Position numbers and translations under genes: made by a program | DNA from: a virus | Taxonomy: Duplodnaviria > Heunggongvirae > Uroviricota > Caudoviricetes | IMG/VR virus record: IMGVR_UViG_2671180473_000005 | Length of the DNA stretch: 4,567 nucleotides | Strand: one strand, 5' to 3' | Notes under the pieces: model-generated | The model's input: the letters and a program-made list of their open reading frames with translations, nothing else | Told to the model about the DNA's origin: nothing | The model's database searches: none | Part shown: one piece after another, positions 1 to 4,567 of the stretch | How the letters are laid out: every line of letters begins with the position of its first letter | Position numbering within the stretch: position 1 is the first letter of the stretch

Positions 1-64
1 GTCACTCTCGTCTGGGGAATATCTCCCCGGCAGCCTTCAGGGAAAAATATCATCAGATGGCTGC

Positions 65-418
65 TTAAAAAAAGAACAAATGGTAGTGTCCGCTATTGCC
101 AGTACACCTCAATTGCTCTGCGGCTTCGCTCAGAGCTGGCGTATGTTCCCGGCCTACTGATTCACACAGGTAATCAACGAAACCGGACACCAGTTTTCGT
201 TCGCGAGGCGTGATCGCCCCACCGACCGGAGTCCAGTAATCGAAACCCAGTTGCAGGAGTTTGAAAAAACGCTTGTGGAATGCGTAGTTACACACACGCT
301 TAAAGTCTGCGTGTATCCACTCACCTATTTTGATTTGATGCAGAAAATCGCAACTCTCCGGCGTCGCCGGGAGAAGTAATCCGGAAGAGGTTTGTTTGAC
401 CAGTTGTATATGTGCCAT
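65..418 (-). CDS. hypothetical prophage protein, 117 aa from the ATG; probably truncated or frameshifted at its 3' end
   Basis: Minus-strand ORF. ATG at 416-418 is preceded by GGAG about 7 nt upstream; the track ORF 65..460 starts at a TTG overlapping the upstream stop. The protein ends ...GHYHLFFF then TAA at 65-67, immediately after a 7-nt homopolymer (plus A-run 67-73). A neighbouring frame stays open to the window edge. No family recognised. Confidence 0.5.
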   Translation of the reverse strand: MAHIQLVKQTSSGLLLPATPESCDFLHQIKIGEWIHADFKRVCNYAFHKRFFKLLQLGFDYWTPVGGAITPRERKLVSGFVDYLCESVGREHTPALSEAAEQLRCTGNSGHYHLFFF

Positions 419-456
419 CGGCTTTCTCCGGTGGCACGGTGTTACACAGCAGGAGT

Positions 457-744
457 TCAATCCTGCTCAAGATTGTAGATGAGTTTATTCTTCAGCAAAA
501 GCAGAAAACCAGCCTTAAAACCAATCTCTTTCAAAACCCGTAATGATGTGACAAATTCGTCCTCACGCAAAATAAAACCGTCCGTCAGAAGTCCATTACA
601 AAAATAAAATAACACAGCACCGCTCTTCCTTTGTTGAGATTGCAAACATCTAATGCGGCAATGGCTGACAATCGCTCCATTCTCAACGCGCACAGCATAG
701 AGGCCATTTTCACTAAAAATTTCACGCAATTCTTCGATTTTCAT
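457..744 (-). CDS. hypothetical small protein, 95 aa
   Basis: Minus-strand ORF with ATG at 742-744 and an AAGGA Shine-Dalgarno about 8 nt upstream (minus sequence tggaaggattctgaagATG). Coding region is AT-rich, about 40 percent GC by hand count over 481-660. No family recognised. Confidence 0.5.
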   Translation of the reverse strand: MKIEELREIFSENGLYAVRVENGAIVSHCRIRCLQSQQRKSGAVLFYFCNGLLTDGFILREDEFVTSLRVLKEIGFKAGFLLLLKNKLIYNLEQD

Positions 745-825
745 CTTCAGAATCCTTCCAGATAAATAGCTCTCCCCTGTTCGGGGTCCATCCCTCTTCT
801 CCCTGCGCGCTACTTAAGTGAGTCG

Positions 826-853
826 ATTCTATCTGCGAAGGTGCGCGAATCAA
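826..853 (-). promoter_or_regulatory. candidate sigma70 promoter for the 457-744 gene
   Basis: Minus strand reads TTGATT (853-848), a 16-nt spacer, then TAGAAT (831-826), about 80 nt upstream of the ATG at 744. Pattern match only. Confidence 0.3.
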
Positions 854-868
854 ATTCACCGGAAATAA

Positions 869-916
869 ACAACAAAAAACCCGCCGAAACGCTGAGAGAT
901 CACAGCGATGGGCGGG
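869..916 (-). terminator. intrinsic terminator downstream of hok
   Basis: On the minus-strand transcript: GC stem cccgcc(916-911) pairing with ggcggg(885-880), inner helix cgcug/cagcg, followed directly by UUUUUUGUUGUUU (879-867). It lies about 80-125 nt 3' of the hok stop. Confidence 0.5.
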
Positions 917-957
917 TTAAGTGCGGGTGCGTTGAGGATGCCTGACACATCAGAGGT

Positions 958-985
958 GGGCGGGGATGGGATCAGCTCCCCGCCC
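958..985 (-). other. GC-rich stem-loop in the hok 3' UTR
   Basis: Perfect 9-bp inverted repeat gggcgggga (958-966) / tccccgccc (977-985) with a 10-nt loop, starting 9 nt after the hok stop. No U-tract follows, so it is probably a stabilising or fold-back element rather than a terminator. Confidence 0.35.
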
Positions 986-993
986 GGTCACTC

Positions 994-1149
994 TTACTTC
1001 CTGGATTCGTAGTCTACGAAGACAGCGACCTCCGTCTGGCCGGTTCGGATTCGTACCTCACAGAGGTCTTTCCTCGTTACCAGTGCCGTCACTATGACGG
1101 TTAAACAGATGACGATCAGGGCGATTAACATCGCCTTTTGCTGCTTCAT
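994..1149 (-). CDS. hok: Hok family type I toxin (membrane-depolarising host-killing peptide), 51 aa
   Basis: ATG at 1147-1149, TAA at 994-996. Translation MKQQKAMLIALIVICLTVIVTALVTRKDLCEVRIRTGQTEVAVFVDYESRK has the Hok transmembrane helix and conserved LCE..R..G..EVA motif and closely matches HokD/HokC-type chromosomal Hok as recalled. An alternative frame is open from the gap edge to 1058, consistent with an overlapping mok-like frame. Confidence 0.9.
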   Translation of the reverse strand: MKQQKAMLIALIVICLTVIVTALVTRKDLCEVRIRTGQTEVAVFVDYESRK

Positions 1150-1159
1150 AGCCTGCTTC

Positions 1160-1389
1160 NNNNNNNNNNNNNNNNNNNNNNNNNNNNNNNNNNNNNNNNN
1201 NNNNNNNNNNNNNNNNNNNNNNNNNNNNNNNNNNNNNNNNNNNNNNNNNNNNNNNNNNNNNNNNNNNNNNNNNNNNNNNNNNNNNNNNNNNNNNNNNNNN
1301 NNNNNNNNNNNNNNNNNNNNNNNNNNNNNNNNNNNNNNNNNNNNNNNNNNNNNNNNNNNNNNNNNNNNNNNNNNNNNNNNNNNNNNNNN
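1160..1389. other. 230-nt run of N (assembly gap or masked sequence)
   Basis: Directly visible. 230 is not a multiple of 3, so any ORF drawn across it is artefactual. Confidence 1.
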
Positions 1390-2034
1390 GATAAGAGGGC
1401 GTCCCTGAGATTTGCGGTGTAGATTGGTATCGCGCAGAGAATACACACAGCCACAATATTCCTGCTGATAGAATTTTTCGCGCTTGCTGATTTCAATCAT
1501 ACGGGACGAGCCGCCCTGCTTGCGCCAGTTATAATCCCAGTACACCATGCCCGGATAATGCGCGACGGCTCGCCGCCCACAGTCGTTAACCTGCTGCATA
1601 TTTTTCCAGCGTGAAATGCCCAGTGAACTGCTGATCACACTGAAACCATTTTCAGCGGCGTACAGCGCTGTCCGCTCAAAACGCATGTCAAAACACATGG
1701 TGCAACGGATCCCTCGTTCGGGCTCCCATTCCATTCCTTTGGCTCGTTCAAACCAGTTGTCTGTGTCGTAATCAGCATCAATAAACGGCACGCCGTGTTG
1801 TTCAGCAAAGCGAATATTCTCATCCTTACGAATTAAATACTCTTTCTGAGGATGAATGTTCGGGTTGTAGAAAAAGATGGTGTAGTCGATTCCCGAGGCC
1901 TGAAGCGCCTCCATCACCTCACCGGAACATGGAGCACAGCAAGAGTGCAGTAGTAGTTTGTTTGCCCCGTTTGGGAGCTCCAATTTGGGCCGTTTGAAAT
2001 CAGCAACTGTCATAAATATGTTTATTGGGGTCAT
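1390..2034 (-). CDS. queH: QueH/DUF208 family epoxyqueuosine reductase-like protein; 3' end lost in the N gap
   Basis: 215 codons visible from ATG 2032-2034 (alternative ATG 2011-2013) to the gap edge. Carries the motifs recalled for the family: [37 protein letters not shown]. About 25 residues precede the LLLH motif, and neither ATG has a recognisable Shine-Dalgarno. Confidence 0.8.
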
Positions 2035-2181
2035 AAAAATATCAAAGAGTGTAGCATTAGAACGGGGCTATCGGAAACAGATGTGTGACTGCTCCCCGCC
2101 CTTTCGGGTGGTCTCCTGATGATTTGAGGGTGCAGAAATCCCTCCGGTTAAGGATTAAATTTTTAACAGTGCTAAATTTAA

Positions 2182-2538
2182 TTATTCAGTTCTGGATTTT
2201 GTCGCCCTGCGTATCCGCGCTTTCGCGTTACGCTCAATCTGTATCAGCTTTTCTATATTTCTCCGCCTTTCCTGTTCCTCCTGGCGCAATAGCCTTACAT
2301 CATCTGCCAGTCTGGTTTCTCTTTTTGCCACAGAGAGCATCCAGTCAAACGGCTCCACAACCGCACCGCAGATTTTACAGCGGACCTGACGCTCTTTTTC
2401 GTCAACCCGTACAGAGGCGTGATGGCAATATGGTCTTTCCGATGGCTCATAAAGAAAATTAACCTGATTACGAGGGTCATCCTCTTTTACCGGAAATAAA
2501 ACGATATTGCTTAACTCATCTTCTGGTTTTATTTCCAT
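2182..2538 (-). CDS. small Cys/His-motif (zinc-ribbon-like) protein with a basic coiled-coil-like C-terminus, 118 aa
   Basis: ATG at 2536-2538 is preceded by AAGGAGAGGAG. The longer track ORF starts at ATG 2593-2595, which directly abuts the upstream TGA (TGAATG), so that start is possible too. Motif PYCHHASVRVDEKERQVRCKICG, then an R/E/Q-rich tail. No family recognised. Confidence 0.55.
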   Translation of the reverse strand: MEIKPEDELSNIVLFPVKEDDPRNQVNFLYEPSERPYCHHASVRVDEKERQVRCKICGAVVEPFDWMLSVAKRETRLADDVRLLRQEEQERRRNIEKLIQIERNAKARIRRATKSRTE

Positions 2539-2595
2539 GCTCCTCTCCTTTGATGCGAATGCCAGCGGTAATTGAAGCCTGATAGCTAATTTCAT

Positions 2596-3018
2596 TCACA
2601 GTATCGCCTCCTGAAAATTACCCTGATAGAAAGCCAGTACACGCTGCATAGCTTCGCTCTTCCGGCACTCGCGACAGATTATATTCAGGCGCCTGTCGTA
2701 GCGGCGTATTTCTCCGTCAGGTAATGACCAGATAAGGTCCGGATCAACAACAACCGGTTTCCTCACCTTTACTCTCGAGAGTTTTTTGCGGGCGCTTTGC
2801 CAGTCCTTGCGAGCCTGTTCAGACGGGAATAAGCCGTAGCCAGAATTATATACATCACCACTTGCGACCAGTTCTATGCATAAGCGACCGACAGACGCAC
2901 GACTGATACCTGTTTCATCTGACAACTGCCGAATCGTGACCCGACCGTCCTGATGCACGAGTTCCACAATTCGCGTCTTCAGTTCTTCCCGCTGTTCGGG
3001 AGTAAAAGGTTTCGCCAT
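2596..3018 (-). CDS. winged-helix/HTH DNA-binding protein of the phage replication operon, 140 aa
   Basis: ATG at 3016-3018 with an AGGAGG Shine-Dalgarno 5-6 nt upstream, 14 nt after the DnaC-like stop. N-terminal segment ...VTIRQLSDETGISRASVGRLCIELVASGDVY looks like a helix-turn-helix. Exact family uncertain. Confidence 0.7.
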   Translation of the reverse strand: MAKPFTPEQREELKTRIVELVHQDGRVTIRQLSDETGISRASVGRLCIELVASGDVYNSGYGLFPSEQARKDWQSARKKLSRVKVRKPVVVDPDLIWSLPDGEIRRYDRRLNIICRECRKSEAMQRVLAFYQGNFQEAIL

Positions 3019-3032
3019 AAATCCTCCTGAAA

Positions 3033-3779
3033 CTACTTAACAACCCTCGAATGGCTAACATTCGGACGCCAGCTCTCCCAGTTAAAATTCACCCAGCGCC
3101 CGCCGTTCATGACCATGCGATCCATCACCCGCTCGCCGAGCAATGTTTTCATCACCTCATAGTTCAGGTTTGTCAGCATCCCCACGCTGCGCATCGACGC
3201 TGTCCGGCGATCAACAATCTGGTGCAGCACCACCTGCTCGTTTTTCGTCTCGCGCTGAATGCCAATTTCATCAAGAACCAGCAGATCCACTTCGCACAGC
3301 TCCCGCAAAAATTTTTCGCCTGACTGCCCGTCGTCATAGCTGGCGTGCAGGGCGCTCATAACATCAGCCACGGTAACCACAATCACTGTCTGACCGTCTT
3401 TCAGCAGGCGATTCCCGATAGCTGCCGCTAAGTGATTCTTCCCGGTACCAGGTTTTCCGCTGAACGCAAAATTTGTACACCCGGTCATCAGTTCATCGGC
3501 GATGGATTTCGCCTGGCTTAACGCGTATCGCTGGCCGTCGTTCTGCACCTGGTAATTCGCAAACGAGCATTTACGGTGCAACGGCTGGATGCCTGAGCGA
3601 TTCAGAATTTTTTCCACCCGCAACTGGCGATTCAGGCGGTTGATCTCCTCGCTACGTTTCTGGCCTTCAGCAAGTTGCCACTCGCGCCACTCCGCTACCG
3701 TTCTGAATGGGGCGGTTACATGTGGCGGGGTCAGTCGGCGGATGCGTTCCAGAACGCCGCCTGTCGCAATATTTTTCAT
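3033..3779 (-). CDS. DnaC-family AAA+ helicase loader (phage replication protein, IstB-like ATPase), 248 aa
   Basis: Walker A FSGKPGTGKNHLAAAIG and Walker B DLLVLDEIG are present. ATG at 3777-3779 lies 6 nt downstream of the stop of the initiator C-terminal frame, as expected for a replication operon. Confidence 0.9.
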   Translation of the reverse strand: MKNIATGGVLERIRRLTPPHVTAPFRTVAEWREWQLAEGQKRSEEINRLNRQLRVEKILNRSGIQPLHRKCSFANYQVQNDGQRYALSQAKSIADELMTGCTNFAFSGKPGTGKNHLAAAIGNRLLKDGQTVIVVTVADVMSALHASYDDGQSGEKFLRELCEVDLLVLDEIGIQRETKNEQVVLHQIVDRRTASMRSVGMLTNLNYEVMKTLLGERVMDRMVMNGGRWVNFNWESWRPNVSHSRVVK

Positions 3780-4133
3780 GGTCCGTTACCCCCTGAAGCC
3801 TGGCGGGATCGCACTGTCCGGCAACGAGACGGTGTTAACCTGTCGGAGCAACGTCTCAGGCCGAACACCTTTCGGCGCGAACAGGCCCTGGTATTCATTG
3901 GCGATGCTGTGTCGAATCACCTGCTCAGGTGTAAAACCCTGCTGACGGAATTTTTCCAGTTCCCGTATCGCCCCGTTAGCGCCCTGCTCCGTTCGAATCG
4001 GTTTTCGCAATGCCTGTCTGAACCGGACCCACTCATGCCAGAGTGTTTCCGGCAACCAATCGGGCAGCTCAATAGCCTCCGGCTCGAATTTTTTAGACGC
4101 TCGTTTTTGGCGAGGGGGAGATCAGTATTTAGA

Positions 4134-4154
4134 TCTTCCTCTTCCTCTTCCTCT
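4134..4154. repeat. hexanucleotide tandem repeat (TCTTCC) x3.5
   Basis: tcttcc tcttcc tcttcc tct on the plus strand. On the minus strand it encodes EEEEEE in the linker frame (RGRGRG and RKRKRK in the other two). Confidence 0.9.
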
Positions 4155-4246
4155 GGTAACGCTTTTTGATCCGTTTGTGTAACGCTGGCAGCGTTACCTT
4201 TTCGTTTCAGTTCGCGTATTTTTGTTACTCGCTCGTTTGTAACCGC
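4155..4246. repeat. cluster of dyad-symmetric TGTAACGC/GCGTTACA repeats, candidate replication-origin iterons
   Basis: Perfect 19-bp palindrome GTAACGCTG-G-CAGCGTTAC at 4179-4197; further half-site copies at 4155-4162 (ggtaacgc), 4224-4228 (gttac) and 4238-4246 (tgtaaccgc); motif cgtttgt(g)taac recurs at 4172-4183 and 4234-4243. Confidence 0.4.
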
Positions 4247-4386
4247 CCGTTTTTTTTAGAGCTTTTTCCGTTATGACGTTCAAAGTTAGGTAGAGAAAGC
4301 CCTCCGTCATTTTCGACCAGCCATCCAACCTGAATTAACGCATCAGCAAAACCAGACATAAAAGTGATGCGATCTATTGCACTTTT

Positions 4387-4407
4387 TGTAACGCCGCGAG
4401 CGTTACA
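4387..4407. repeat. second palindromic copy of the TGTAACGC half-site
   Basis: tgtaacgc (4387-4394), 5-nt spacer cgcga, gcgttaca (4400-4407): perfect 8-bp arms, inside the initiator N-terminal coding region. Confidence 0.4.
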
Positions 4408-4462
4408 ATCTGCATTACCGTCTATCATTTGTTGATCCGCCCATGCCCAGAAGCGAATAACC

Positions 4463-4567
4463 TGAGGTAGCCTGAGTTTAACGGACACTCCTTCCTGAAA
4501 TAGAATGGCATCAGAAGGAGCTAATAATGAGCAGAAAAACCCAACGTTACTCTAAAGAGTTCAAAGC
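4463..4567 (+). mobile_element. left end of an IS3-family insertion sequence (IS600-like), partial
   Basis: Sequence begins TGAGGTAGCCTGAGTTTAACGGACAC at about 4463 (IS3-family ends typically start TGA). About 64 nt later a GAAGGAG Shine-Dalgarno and ATG start an OrfA-like gene. The exact boundary is not established. Confidence 0.5.
4527..4567 (+). CDS. IS3-family transposase OrfA, N-terminus only (runs off the window)
   Basis: ATG 4527-4529 with AGGAG 6 nt upstream; translation MSRKTQRYSKEFKA matches the N-terminus of IS600-type OrfA as recalled. Confidence 0.6.
   Translation, partial: MSRKTQRYSKEFK

Larger units (their letters stand above)
3786..4462 (-). pseudogene. O-like phage replication initiation protein, reading frame interrupted (two frame breaks; 5' end abuts an IS end)
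   Basis: N-terminal frame 4225..4462 (...GFADALIQVGWLVENDGGLSLPNFERHNGKSSKK...) stops at TAA 4225-4227, just after an 8-nt homopolymer (4250-4257). A second frame reads KKRAVTNERVTKIRELKRKGNAASVTQTDQKALPEEEEEEDL across 4255-4125. A third frame, open from 4121 to 3786, encodes ...KKFEPEAIELPDWLPETLWHEWVRFRQALRK...GFRG and ends 6 nt before the DnaC-like start. The track start at 4488 is a GTG inside the putative IS terminus. Confidence 0.6.

Noticed and set aside
1058-1496. Track ORFs 1058..1456(-), 1094..1408(+), 1138..1422(+) and 1146..1496(-), which consist mostly of X
   Set aside because: They exist only because the N run has no stop codons. The one exception is the short frame from the gap edge to 1058, which I kept as a possible mok-like overlap in the findings, not as a feature.
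994-2034. 346-aa track ORF joining the QueH-like protein to Hok through a run of X
   Set aside because: The join crosses 230 N, which is not a multiple of 3. The two ends are unrelated proteins (QueH family and Hok), so this is an artefact of translating N as X.
2085-2462. Plus-strand 125-aa ORF
   Set aside because: Antisense to the 2182-2538 gene and the QueH upstream region, with no start signal and low-complexity translation; likely spurious.
1635-2480. Minus-strand alternate-frame ORFs 1635..1823 and 2295..2480
   Set aside because: Embedded out of frame inside the QueH-like and Cys/His-motif protein genes; no independent support.
3988-4001. tRNA T-arm-like sequence ccgttcgaatcgg
   Set aside because: An isolated hairpin inside a coding region with no acceptor, D or anticodon arms around it; not a tRNA.
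3051-4169. Plus-strand ORFs 3051..3323, 3143..3361, 3589..3945 and 3675..4169
   Set aside because: All lie antisense within the well-supported DnaC-like and initiator genes and lack ribosome-binding sites. Their translations are Pro/Arg/Ser-rich, as expected for the reverse frame of GC-rich genes.
4249-4255. Programmed -1 ribosomal frameshift at the slippery heptamer A_AAA_AAC
   Set aside because: The heptamer is slippery in principle, but the nearest strong structure (palindrome 4179-4197) is about 50 nt downstream rather than 5-9 nt. A second shift is also needed to reach the C-terminal frame, and a third homopolymer break occurs in an unrelated gene. One-base homopolymer loss is the simpler explanation.
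4463-4488. GTG start at 4488 giving an 87-aa initiator N-terminal ORF beginning MSVKLRLPQ
   Set aside because: Those first codons fall inside the putative IS terminus, so this start is probably fortuitous. The native 5' end is more likely truncated or displaced by the IS.
1-4567. CRISPR arrays, rRNA genes and tRNA genes
   Set aside because: No spaced direct-repeat array and no rRNA- or tRNA-like conserved structure was found on either strand.

Overview
The window reads as the early-replication and nin-like part of a lambdoid (probably defective) prophage of an Escherichia/Shigella-type genome, with every convincing gene on the minus strand. From high to low coordinates: an IS3-family element end at the right edge (~4463-4567, plus strand); an O-like replication initiator broken into an N-terminal piece (4225-4462) and a C-terminal piece (3786-4121) by two frame breaks at homopolymers, with dyad-symmetric TGTAACGC/GCGTTACA repeats that look like origin iterons; a DnaC-family helicase loader (3033-3779); a winged-helix protein (2596-3018); a small Cys/His-motif protein (2182-2538); a QueH/DUF208-family epoxyqueuosine-reductase-like gene (1390-2034) whose 3' end runs into a 230-nt run of N (1160-1389); a Hok-family type I toxin gene (994-1149) with a structured 3' UTR and an intrinsic terminator; and two small ORFs of unknown function (457-744, 65-418). 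The N run hides where the hok control elements (mok start, sok antisense RNA) would normally lie. No rRNA, tRNA or CRISPR array was found. The main things worth a second look are the prophage-borne QueH homolog, the candidate origin inside the broken initiator gene, and three frame breaks that all behave like one-base losses in A/T homopolymers. All calls rest on reading the sequence and recalled family motifs; no database search was run.
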